Virus record (IMG/VR): IMGVR_UViG_3300047160_002053
Span: 32,001-96,000 of that record
Strand: one strand, 5' to 3'
DNA: 64,000 bases
Origin: a virus
Shown in pieces: positions 18,658 through 28,500 of this stretch (positions are counted from its first letter, which is position 1; each line of letters begins with the position of its first letter). The position numbers were made by a program, and so were the translations under genes. Under the pieces are notes generated by a model. It made no database searches. It was not told where the DNA came from and worked only from the letters and a program-made list of their open reading frames with translations.

Positions 18658-21356
18658 TAGATTACCCACCATTGAGTTCCGTCACTGACCATAGTCACTG
18701 TGACGAATTGCGAACTGATCACGAGAGTATTTGCTCCGTCGATCAATTGAGCGCCAAAAGCTTGGATCGTAACTGCGTTGACAGATGCGTCGATCTTCTT
18801 GAAGAAGAAGACTTGACCTGTAGCCGAACTTGCAGTCGGAAGACTGAACAAGATCGAACCTGAAGTAGCATCGCCGAGCAACACGTTGTCGCTCGTCATT
18901 ACGGTGTAGTTTCCAGTCTTAGTGGAAATTGCAACGGGTCCACCGATTGCATCGGCACCAGCAGGACCAGTAGGTCCAGGAGGTCCTTGAGGACCGACAC
19001 CGCCTCCGCCGCCTCCACCTGCGCCGCCGCCTCCGCCATTGATGCGGAATTCGAGTTCGTCGCCGATTTCAAGCTGTTGAAGAATCATGATCTCATTTGA
19101 AGCAGTACCAGATGCACCAACTTCAGACCAGTCGATTCCCAAACGGAGATATTGACCATTCAAGAACACCATCAACGCGCCAGATCCTACAGTGTAATAC
19201 TGCGTGATCGAAGCAAGACGAGTGTTCGGAGGAAGATTGATTACAGTGTTAACCGACACAGGTCCGGTCAAGGACGTAGGCGGAGTAGCACCAGAAGCCA
19301 CGATATCGACGTTTTCATCGTAAGTCGGGCTGTTAAGAGAAGCAAGGATTGCACCGAAAGCGCTATCAAGTTTTTTGATTGCTTTCGTGAGATTATCACC
19401 GTCATTGACGATGTAGTTACCATCTCCAGAACCGTTCTGAACAATAGTGATTGCGAACGGAGCAGGAATATTGAAATTCACCGCATTTGCCGTAGCACCG
19501 CCAGAATTATTAGTAACGCGAACCGTATTTTGGTTCGGATTCGGACGAACAGCTGCTGTAAAATCAGGCTGGAATGTTCCAGACAATGCAGATGCAAGCT
19601 GCGACGCAACTTGCGCGTCAGTCATTCCAGTCGTAATGTCCCATTCGATTCCAACATGGTCAGCCAAAGGAGCAGGGTCAGTTCCGCCGCCATCTTTGTT
19701 AACCCAAACGTAATATTTACGAGCATCAGCTGCAGAGTTGATGAAGAAATATTGATTCGACGACATCGTTGCGGCAGATCCACAAAGAACATCTGTGATT
19801 TCAGGCAACGCACCAGGATTCACCGCAGAGGAGTATTGGGGTTTGCTAGACGTTTCTAGCGGAGCACCGATATACTGCAGGATCTGTTTAGGGAATCCAT
19901 CGTCGATATCTTCCGACTCACCCATTTCAAGTTCTGTGCCGATGAATCGTACATAGACTCGCGGAATGACGCCGCCGTTATCCGCACGATGCAAGAACCA
20001 GAACACGTCCTGTCCTTGCGGTACGCTTGCGCGATCCGCAATGTAAATATCGCGGTTCGAGCTAGGTGTAGCCGAAGTGCTGTAGCTTCCGAATGCGTAT
20101 TTAGCTTTCGCTCCGCCAGCGCCGGTAGACGTGCCCGCGAAAGGAATAGTCAATGTGACTTGGCTCAGAGAATCAACGGATTGGATTTGGTAGTATCCGG
20201 CAACGGTGTCTGCGCCCAGCTTAATCCAGTCACCAGCTTGCAACGGGCCAGTCCATGCAATGGAACCAACCGAAGTGACAACTGCTGACGAATTCGTGAA
20301 GATCAGGTTAGGAGAAATTTGTACGTCGCGAACCAAAGTCACATAGGCGACTTCGTTATCTGCGAGAGTAATGTCGGTAGAGGTAGGATTCGCCGTGAAT
20401 TTGTATTTCAGACGCGAACCTACGATATTCAAGAAAATATCTTCGTCCCAATTGATGAGACCGGCAGTATCCGCAGAATGCGTGATCGTGCCTGCGCCCG
20501 TAGTAATCGTGTTACCAAGATCAGTGCGCAACGAATCAATGGAACCTGCCGAACCTGGCGAGTACCAATAGACCGTACCTTTGATTTCCTGGAGTGCCGT
20601 CATGATAGCATTCATCCAGTCTTTCAAAGTCATGAGCATCTTATCGCCGCCGTGGAACGGATTGATCGAGTTCGACGAAGACGTAGAAGGATTTTCAGTA
20701 CGACCTTCTGCTTGAGCGGTCCACGGATAAACGTAGAACGGATTCGGAGAAGCGCCGCCAGTTCCAAGACGGAACAGCATCCAGCGTGCATCGGTGATGC
20801 TTTGAACGTTATTGCCTGAATCGGTAGTTACTGTGGCAATAGGAAGAACGTTCGATGCAAAGGTGCTAGTCGTGATCTTAATGCGGTAGCGAAGAATCTG
20901 AGCACGAGGAGCATTTTTGGTAGTTTCGTTATTGGTAGTCGGGTTCCAGATGTACACTTGTGACGAGGTAGTGTCGTCGATGAAGCGTTCATATTCCAGA
21001 CCAACGTAGTTGATCGCAGAAGGCGCGAAAGCACCGTCAACGATAGTGTTCGTCGCGGAGTTCAGCTGCTGAGCAGGAGTGCCAACAGGAACGAGATAAA
21101 AAGTACCGGACTGGCTCGAAGAGACATGGAACACTGCGCCAGGATCAACGATGAGTTGAAGACCCGATGCCGCACCGCCGATAGCTCCGGCCATAGAAAT
21201 TTCAAAACCGCGAAGGAGATAACCCTGCGAAGTTCCGGTTACAAACGATTGAATTAACTGATCGAAGTCATTGGACGCAGCTGATTCGAGAGCGCGCATG
21301 TCTGGGACATCGACCCTCTGCTGACTAATCCAATTAACACGTCTTTGAACGCCCAT
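18657..21356 (-). CDS. baseplate-attached tail fibre protein (899 aa)
   Basis: N-terminal baseplate-docking-type domain ('QQRVDVPD...LRGFEI'), poly-Gly plus collagen GXY (GPQGPPGPTGPAGAD), C-terminal 'SDGTQWWVI' fibre domain. Confidence 0.75.
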   Translation of the reverse strand: MGVQRRVNWISQQRVDVPDMRALESAASNDFDQLIQSFVTGTSQGYLLRGFEISMAGAIGGAASGLQLIVDPGAVFHVSSSQSGTFYLVPVGTPAQQLNSATNTIVDGAFAPSAINYVGLEYERFIDDTTSSQVYIWNPTTNNETTKNAPRAQILRYRIKITTSTFASNVLPIATVTTDSGNNVQSITDARWMLFRLGTGGASPNPFYVYPWTAQAEGRTENPSTSSSNSINPFHGGDKMLMTLKDWMNAIMTALQEIKGTVYWYSPGSAGSIDSLRTDLGNTITTGAGTITHSADTAGLINWDEDIFLNIVGSRLKYKFTANPTSTDITLADNEVAYVTLVRDVQISPNLIFTNSSAVVTSVGSIAWTGPLQAGDWIKLGADTVAGYYQIQSVDSLSQVTLTIPFAGTSTGAGGAKAKYAFGSYSTSATPSSNRDIYIADRASVPQGQDVFWFLHRADNGGVIPRVYVRFIGTELEMGESEDIDDGFPKQILQYIGAPLETSSKPQYSSAVNPGALPEITDVLCGSAATMSSNQYFFINSAADARKYYVWVNKDGGGTDPAPLADHVGIEWDITTGMTDAQVASQLASALSGTFQPDFTAAVRPNPNQNTVRVTNNSGGATANAVNFNIPAPFAITIVQNGSGDGNYIVNDGDNLTKAIKKLDSAFGAILASLNSPTYDENVDIVASGATPPTSLTGPVSVNTVINLPPNTRLASITQYYTVGSGALMVFLNGQYLRLGIDWSEVGASGTASNEIMILQQLEIGDELEFRINGGGGGAGGGGGGGVGPQGPPGPTGPAGADAIGGPVAISTKTGNYTVMTSDNVLLGDATSGSILFSLPTASSATGQVFFFKKIDASVNAVTIQAFGAQLIDGANTLVISSQFVTVTMVSDGTQWWVI

Positions 21357-21391
21357 TTAACTACCCTTTAGATTTTAGATACTACCAAATA

Positions 21392-21398
21392 TAAGATT
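21392..21398 (-). promoter_or_regulatory. AATCTTA candidate late promoter
   Basis: 35 nt upstream of ATG 21356 in a divergent intergenic region. Confidence 0.55.
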
Positions 21399-21473
21399 GT
21401 CATGTTGCTGGTCCTTCCAAAATCGGTTGCCTACACCCTATTTATCATATAAGATGGTCTTAGGATGCAGCTG

Positions 21474-21480
21474 AATCTTA
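21474..21480 (+). promoter_or_regulatory. AATCTTA candidate late promoter
   Basis: 27 nt upstream of TTG 21508 (GAGGAG RBS); divergent partner of the 21392 copy. Confidence 0.5.
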
Positions 21481-21507
21481 AATGTGTCCTAGACAGAGGA
21501 GTTTTCC

Positions 21508-21951
21508 TTGGGTAAATCGAAACGTGGCTTCAAAGAACGCACCAGAGAACAAGAGCTGAAATTTGAAAACAAGGAGTTTCGCCGCCGAGAAAGAGACAAA
21601 GACCATCAAATTCTCATGTTAAAACGCGAGGTTAGCTCGCTTCGTAAGCAGCTTGCCAGGATCGACCTGGATCGCTATAGCCATATCCGCGACATCGTGG
21701 AAGAGCATTATCATGAAGAAGAACAACAGGTTACAGCTTTAGACGGGCTCAAATCCCTTAAAGAACAGTGGAAGTGCCATGAGTGTGGCAACGGCTATCT
21801 GGAGATCTACGTCTATAATCGTCAAGACGGTACTTTCTATTACCGCGTCTGTAACAATTGTCCTAATCGAACCAAATCGCAGAAATACGATCCGGATACA
21901 GTGCAGGGCATCATGAAAGACCTTACAAAACCTGCGAAAAACACTAAATAG
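21508..21951 (+). CDS. coiled-coil + zinc-ribbon protein
   Basis: N-terminal coiled coil; CHECG...CNNC zinc ribbon; strong RBS. Confidence 0.75.
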   Translation: MGKSKRGFKERTREQELKFENKEFRRRERDKDHQILMLKREVSSLRKQLARIDLDRYSHIRDIVEEHYHEEEQQVTALDGLKSLKEQWKCHECGNGYLEIYVYNRQDGTFYYRVCNNCPNRTKSQKYDPDTVQGIMKDLTKPAKNTK

Positions 21952-21985
21952 TTGAATTGTTTGGCCTTTTTTGAGAAAAAAAGGC

Positions 21986-22014
21986 TTCACATTCCCCTCC
22001 GACCATGCTACTAT
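21986..22014 (+). promoter_or_regulatory. sigma70-type promoter
   Basis: TTCACA-17-TACTAT with TG extension, upstream of GGAGG + ATG 22034. Confidence 0.55.
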
Positions 22015-22033
22015 GGTATTGATTGGAGGTCGA

Positions 22034-22585
22034 ATGACATTTGAAACAATAATTCTCATGGCGGCAAAGAAGGCCGCAGTTTCCGGAGCGCTGCTCCTCG
22101 CGATCTGTACGCATGAAAGTGGTTTGAAAAATATCACTGTTCCTCATGACGGCGGAAGTCCTTCCTATGGAATCTGCCAAATTAAGTTTGAAACGGCCAA
22201 GATGGTCGGTTTCACCGGCCAAGAAAAAGATCTGATGAAGCCGGAAGTCAACGCAAAGTGGGCCGCTGAATATCTGAAGTTCCAAAAAGAACGATATGGC
22301 GGAGAATGGCTCAAGGCAGTTGCTGCTTACAATTCTGGAACGTACAATCCATCGTCCAAAGTTCCTGGCTGTCCTCGAAATCTTCAGTATGTAAAAAATG
22401 TTCAACGAAAGTTGGCAGAGGACTTGCAACAAAAGCTGCAATGTGGTACAAAGAAAATAGTCCTACCTCAAATTAGTATTTGTGTGTGGGAAAAACAGTG
22501 GACGGAGTGCGAATCTCCGCCTAGAAAGAAAACAAATGAAAGCCATCATGGTGATGGACCTAGAGCTAAATCAGCCGTCCCGTAA
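22034..22585 (+). CDS. soluble lytic transglycosylase (SLT domain)
   Basis: Catalytic 'HESG', 'YGICQI', 'N...AAEYL', 'AVAAYNSG'. Confidence 0.85.
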   Translation: MTFETIILMAAKKAAVSGALLLAICTHESGLKNITVPHDGGSPSYGICQIKFETAKMVGFTGQEKDLMKPEVNAKWAAEYLKFQKERYGGEWLKAVAAYNSGTYNPSSKVPGCPRNLQYVKNVQRKLAEDLQQKLQCGTKKIVLPQISICVWEKQWTECESPPRKKTNESHHGDGPRAKSAVP

Positions 22586-23126
22586 GGTTATTCAACTCGG
22601 GGCAGCAGTGTTCAATCCGCGTAACGGCGTATTGATTGAAAGGCTCGAACTATATGTGAATCCAGAAGAGCCGATTGATCCATTTATCACGGATCTTACT
22701 GGTATTCGCGACTCAGACGTGCGCGGAGGCTGTACTGTAAAAGAAGCCTACGAAGAATTGAAACGACTGCACAAAAAACATAAGTGCTTCGTTAATCCGA
22801 TGGTTTGGGGATCAGGAGTCAGAAACGATTCGATTGCTCTTTATGAAGGCTATCGAGAATTCTGTCTTCAGCGCGGCGAAGAGCCTGACGCGGAAAATTA
22901 TTTTGGATTTAGAGTCCTAGACGTGAAAACTGTCTATCAAAGTGTTCAGATATTTGAAGACAGTCAATATTCCGGTGGATTAAAAGACTGTATGAAAAAA
23001 CTAGGCCTTACGTTTGAGGGTGATCCTCACAGGGCCATAACCGATGCGATCAATACGTTTCGCCTCTGGTATCATCTTATGAGGATTTTTCACGATGGAA
23101 AAGTCGCCCAAAAAAAGCGGATTTGA
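22536..23126 (+). CDS. DEDDh 3'-5' exonuclease (DnaQ-like)
   Basis: ExoI DLE, 'LTGI', ExoII D, ExoIII 'HRAITDA'. Confidence 0.85.
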   Translation: MKAIMVMDLELNQPSRKVIQLGAAVFNPRNGVLIERLELYVNPEEPIDPFITDLTGIRDSDVRGGCTVKEAYEELKRLHKKHKCFVNPMVWGSGVRNDSIALYEGYREFCLQRGEEPDAENYFGFRVLDVKTVYQSVQIFEDSQYSGGLKDCMKKLGLTFEGDPHRAITDAINTFRLWYHLMRIFHDGKVAQKKRI

Positions 23127-23196
23127 CCGAGAACTTATTATCATCCTCGTTTCATTAGCAGCCCTAGCTGTGGCTATTTCTATGAATTTTCGTTAA
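23095..23196 (+). CDS. small single-TM peptide (33 aa, not in ORF track)
   Basis: MEKSPKKSGFDRELIIILVSLAALAVAISMNFR fills the gap before the convergent gene. Confidence 0.4.
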   Translation: MEKSPKKSGFDRELIIILVSLAALAVAISMNFR

Positions 23197-23618
23197 GAGC
23201 GATCTAGCGCGAAAAGCGGGATCGTACCTTCAAAATTGAAGTTCATCTTGTAGGTAGATTTCGTAGCTGCTACGTGGCTTTCTTGCGTCACTTTTGCTTG
23301 CGGAATGAACAGAATATCTTCGCCAGTTGAACGGTCCTGAATACGGATCGAAATGTACGGAGAAGCCAAAAGATCGACGAACAAGGGACGCAGGCTCTGA
23401 GCTTGCAATCCGCCGCTATTTTTAACGCGAAGTCCTTGGACTCCACCTTTGATAGAAATTCGAGTAGGCGCGATTTCTTGCGCATATCCCACGTCAATTC
23501 CATAGATCGGAGTTTCGCCGTAATCAACAGTCAAAGAAATAGACTGAACCGTCTTATAGACTTGGTTGTTGATGTAAAGCTTAATATGTGCGCCAGTAAG
23601 GATAATCGGTGCAGCCAT
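23193..23618 (-). CDS. tail-tube-like protein (141 aa)
   Basis: 'LTGAHIKLYIN...VQSISL.VDYG..PIYGI....QEIAP' tube-protein pattern of contractile tails. Confidence 0.65.
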   Translation of the reverse strand: MAAPIILTGAHIKLYINNQVYKTVQSISLTVDYGETPIYGIDVGYAQEIAPTRISIKGGVQGLRVKNSGGLQAQSLRPLFVDLLASPYISIRIQDRSTGEDILFIPQAKVTQESHVAATKSTYKMNFNFEGTIPLFALDRS

Positions 23619-25510
23619 TATTCACCCCAGATAGTTGGGTTCTCAGAGTATGGAGTACCCCATTTTCCCAATCCGATATCGTTTGGATATAAGATTGTGA
23701 AAACAATGTTGATGCCCGAAGCGGCGACCTGATTGATCAAATCTTCAGCATAAATACGGCCAGAAACAACGTCCGTAATATAGAACGGATAGTCTAGTCC
23801 ATCACGCGAAATGTCAGGAGCAGATTTAGCTGCCACAAGAGCAACGTCGGTTCCGTTAGCATGGAACGTTTTCACGTTATAAGCAGGACTAATCAACAGC
23901 GTGTTGTTTGAAGGACGAGCAATATAAGGAATTGGACCTTCTTGTTCCTGCGTGCCGTAGCCGAGGATGATATTGCCCTGTTCATCAGGAAATTCGCTAG
24001 AATCAGCAACTTGGATTACGCGAGGCATGGTTCCGTCGAGATCCTGTTGCAAAGTAGTGCCGATATCAGAAACCGTGAAAGGTTGAGAGGTATCGTACAT
24101 GTAAGGACCAGGCTGACCAGGAGCAAGAGAAGCCATATCGCCCAATGGACCAGAAGCAGAGATAGCTGCAGATCCAGAATAGGTTCCAACCATAGTTGCG
24201 GTCGCATCATTCACAAAAACATTCAAAACATTCTTGTTTGCAAAGGCTTTCAAAGTAGAATAGGTAGAATTGATCGCAACGGCCATATTGGTCACTGTAT
24301 CATTTACCGTAGCACCATTCGTAAAATTTACGCCCTGTTGAATAAGCGCAGTCGTAGTCAAATTGAAAGTATCGCCAGAATTTGGTTGAGCATTAAGTTC
24401 AAACGAAACCATAGGCGGCTCATGCAAGTGCGCAGAACCTTCGCGTCCACGACGAATAACTTTCGTTGCGGCAGGCAAGAAGATCTGAAGCATACGGGCC
24501 GAAGACTGATAGACCGCTGCATAAGACAGACGACTATTTAGAGTCTTACGAATTGGATCGAAAAACAAAATAGCATCGTCAGCGCCTTGAGTCACGATGC
24601 CAGAAGTACCGAGAGGGTTAACGATTTCAAAATAAGAAGATCCGACAGGTCCACCAACAGAATCGACGATTGTGTACGATCCTTCATTGGATGAAGCGGA
24701 GAACCCGCCGCCGTAAATATTGACATAGTTTCCAGAAGAAACTTTACCCAAGTTAGGGTTAGCTCCACCAGTCCAAGTAAAACGAATGACGCCGCCAGGC
24801 TGAAGAGAAAGAGTCCATTGAGTAGACATGTTTCCGCCAGCTGCGACTGCTGCATCGAACTTCAGTTCATTTTGTGCGCGACCGCCAAGGATCGTAACGC
24901 TGGAGGCGGGACCGATAGTATCTGACAAGATCTCGACGTAAGGACCGTTACCGTCATCCTTGGCAATCGCAGTTCCGGCATAGCCGAGACGACGAAGTTC
25001 TTTAGTAATAGAATCGGCTACTTCCTGAGCAGTTGCTGCAGCAATAGAAGCGAATTCAGACGTATGGAAAGTGATCGGCACAGTTACATGGTCATCGAAA
25101 TTGATGATCAAAGTGTCGCCGTCTTTCAGGTTATAGGGCTCAAATGCTCGTGCTTGGTTAGAAGCGCGGACGAATTCATCGCCGAAAATAGCGTTCAAAA
25201 GATTATTGATGAGATCGCGAACTTGCTTACGGTTCTTAACCTCGATACCGATCTGACGAAAAACATCATCCGATAGACCAACAGAAGGAGGGCGAACGAT
25301 ACCGTGTTCGGCAAGACGCTCATCCAAATAACGACCTGAAGCAGTAGAAATATAAAGCTGGTCATTCACTGCTCGAACGTTGTCGATCAATGGTGCAGCG
25401 GCACCTGTAGCCAATGCTTGCAAAATCGCATCGACCGAAGGTCCTTTAATGTAAGGATTGAGGTAGCTCCTCAACCTTTTATACTGTTCTTCAGGAGTTG
25501 TTACTGCCAT
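23618..25510 (-). CDS. baseplate wedge subunit (P2 gpI-like N-terminus, 630 aa)
   Basis: 'TASGRYLD..L...GI.RP..GLSDD.FR' and C-terminal 'AASGINI.F'; directly follows baseplate J. Confidence 0.7.
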   Translation of the reverse strand: MAVTTPEEQYKRLRSYLNPYIKGPSVDAILQALATGAAAPLIDNVRAVNDQLYISTASGRYLDERLAEHGIVRPPSVGLSDDVFRQIGIEVKNRKQVRDLINNLLNAIFGDEFVRASNQARAFEPYNLKDGDTLIINFDDHVTVPITFHTSEFASIAAATAQEVADSITKELRRLGYAGTAIAKDDGNGPYVEILSDTIGPASSVTILGGRAQNELKFDAAVAAGGNMSTQWTLSLQPGGVIRFTWTGGANPNLGKVSSGNYVNIYGGGFSASSNEGSYTIVDSVGGPVGSSYFEIVNPLGTSGIVTQGADDAILFFDPIRKTLNSRLSYAAVYQSSARMLQIFLPAATKVIRRGREGSAHLHEPPMVSFELNAQPNSGDTFNLTTTALIQQGVNFTNGATVNDTVTNMAVAINSTYSTLKAFANKNVLNVFVNDATATMVGTYSGSAAISASGPLGDMASLAPGQPGPYMYDTSQPFTVSDIGTTLQQDLDGTMPRVIQVADSSEFPDEQGNIILGYGTQEQEGPIPYIARPSNNTLLISPAYNVKTFHANGTDVALVAAKSAPDISRDGLDYPFYITDVVSGRIYAEDLINQVAASGINIVFTILYPNDIGLGKWGTPYSENPTIWGE

Positions 25511-25513
25511 TTG

Positions 25514-28500
25514 TTATGTTCCATTCTGGCTGACAGAGATGTCAAGCACAGGGTCGATAATACGCGCTTTTTCCGAAGGAGCAATGAAAATAATATCATG
25601 AGTGCTGTCGTACTGAGGCGAATCAATTGCCATTGCACGGACACCAGGAATTGCGTTAACCGCAGAAACGATGGCGCTGAATGCGATAGGTTGACCGACA
25701 GGATTCGAGTTCACAAGAGAGCTAACCGAAGTACGGACTTGCTCTGCAGTTTGCGCAAACGGAACGCCAGTATTGATGCGAATAACAACAGAAACTTGAA
25801 TACGACGAGTTAGAGGCTCACGAGAGAAGATCTCAGCACCGGCAGCGCCGACACCAGGATAAGTCGTTGGATCGCGAGGATCGCCGTAAATGATACGGTT
25901 AGCTTCTGCAATCAAGCCAGTATTGTAGCGATAAGAGTCAAGACCCTTACGAATAGTCGTATTGAAATCCATTTTTGACAATGAAGTCAATTGTACACCG
26001 GCTGCCTCGTCAATTTTCGAGTATTGAGCGTTCGTATCGAACGTAATCAATGAACGGAAAGGTGCGCCAGGCTGTTGCGAAGCGAACAAGACATGCTTGT
26101 AACCGCTATATGCGACGCCTTCTTCAACGTAAACAGAAGTCTCACGACCGTTCAGGCTGACGTTAGTCAAAGGTGCCAAAGTGCCAGTGATGACTGCAGT
26201 ATCGCGGTCGATAACATCAGAAACCACATAAGAACCTGCGTTCTGAGTAGTCAGAGTATCGCCAGTAGCAACAAACAAATCTCCAGCAACAGTTGCTTCG
26301 TACTCATAGAATTGAATTTGTGGTCTGTGAACCTGCAATCCATTCGGAGTAGTAACAAATACCGCAGCTTCGTTTACCGCAGAAGGGTTGATCGCTTCCA
26401 AGAACGTGCGACGGCCTTGTTGGACAAGGTTTACAGTGAAAGGAGCCGGAACGTTTACGTTCGAGGCGTCGGTAGTTTCTTGGAGACCCGTTGTCGTAAC
26501 AGTTGTAACACCATTAGATGCAGAAGCAGTCAATCCGGTCGCGGCACCGACAGCAAGTGCGGCTTTAGCCGCCACGGAAACTGCCGTGTCACCGCTCAAA
26601 ATTGACACTTGGATGCCTGTTCTACCAACGACAGCTGGGTCTGAATTAGATCCGTTAACATTGAACCAAACATAGTACAAGTTCACGTCACCAGCCGATT
26701 GGATCAGGAAGTAAGTACCTGCTCCGCCGATAGTGAAGTTAGAACCTGCTGGCATGACGAGATTCGTGATCTCGGCAAGTGCTGCACCAGTGCGAAGAAC
26801 CATGAATTGGCCTTGGTTCGCAGCGTTGAAGTCAACACCCAGAGTTAGGATGTCGCCTGCGCGTGCGTTCTCGAAGTTAGGCTGAGTGCCAACTCCGTTC
26901 CAGTTCAAATATAGAGAATGATTAGAAGCGTTTACCTTGATCGAAGTCGTAGCATCGTAGCCAACAGAAATGGCGTTCAAAGGAAGCGTCACTTCTTCTT
27001 CAACCGTATTTGCATTTTCATACCATACAGAATTGTTGTAACGACGGATAACGCGGAACTTACCTTGGTTCAGAACCGTGAAAGGTGCTCCGACGATCAT
27101 GGTATCGCCTTCAGAAACTTCCGTAGAAGCGCTGAAATCACCAGCAACAAAAGCATCGCCGACAAGGTTCGCACTAGAAACTGTTACAGTACCAGTTCCC
27201 GCGTATGCGAGAGCAGTAGACTGATCTGGGCCAGTTGCAGTAACAGTAACTATGTTACCATTTGAAGACGAAGTAACGTTCGGAAGAGTTCCGATAACCG
27301 CAGACAAATTTGCTGCAGTATCAGCTGCAGTAGCTCCGATTGCGAAATCGGTTCCTGCAACAAGGTTAGAAGTTCCGATGGTAAAAGTATCACCGGCAGT
27401 AGAATTTGTACCAAAAGTGAAAGTGCCAGACGAGAATTCATCAACCGCATTCGGGTTCAAGACACGAAGAGTTGTTCCATCGTCAGAAACTCCGGTAACA
27501 GGGAATGTTCCGTTATTATCTGCTTGAGGCAAACCAGAAATAGTCACGAGATCGCCGATAGACAATTCGTTGAAGTTTGCAGCGCCAGTCAAGATCAAGT
27601 ATTCAGCTTCCGAAGTTCCAGAAACTTTAGAAACGTTGATCGTTCCGCCTCCAGCGTCATTGAAATTCACTGCAGTTTTAATGAACTGAGGCGATGCGTT
27701 ATCACCAGTCCAAGACAAGCAGGCAAGAGCGCCTTGTTTTTCCACACGGAAAGTGCGGTTTTGAGTACGCAAATGATGACGAGGTTTACCGAAGTAGCGT
27801 TGGTTCAGAGCACGGCTCAGCAATTTAATTGTCGAGAATCCGACAGCCGGAACATTGCTTAAAACAGTAATAGAAGTGTTCGATGAGAACAAAGCTTCTT
27901 TACGCTGAGTGTTTGTTGCTTGCAAGCGGAACCATTGATCAGAATGGATACCTTGTGCTGCAACTTTATCAACAGAGACTGAAGCAAGTTGATTATCCAC
28001 ACGAGTAGCGGTATCAAGAACAGGTACTTCATATCCGTTAGCCAATCCACCGATGATTTGGATAGATCCATCAGATCCCAAAGTATCGGTAGCAAGTTCA
28101 AGCTTAGATCCGCGATCAACAACTCCAACGGTAGCGACGGTCGTCAGACCAGTTACCGCGAGAACCGAGATCAAACGACGAACTTGGTCCATCGTAGTAG
28201 GAACTAGGCGCAATTCTTCGCCATTGTTAAATGCGTATCCTTGATCAGAAGGAAGTGACAAAGATTTTTTGAATGTAAAATTAGGAGATCCGCCAAGATT
28301 TGACGAAGCAATCCAGTTGATACCGTCTTTCAAAAATACAGATTCATATTGGAATCCGCTATCTTCATAAGTAGAAAGAGCGATAGTGCCAGTTCCGTTT
28401 GCAGGAGGATTTGGATCGTTAACCAAAGTAGCAGTGAAATAGTCACCCAAGTTTGCTGCGACATAAGCCTGAATATCAGCTGCGGTAGTAGTTGCAGACT

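Noticed and set aside
22441-22585. Possible frameshift extending the SLT C-terminus (removing one A at 22454-22457 would give a TAG); similar case at the ferritin-like gene end near 63366
   Set aside because: Overlaps of 20-70 nt are common throughout this genome and no conserved domain is broken, so a frameshift is not needed.
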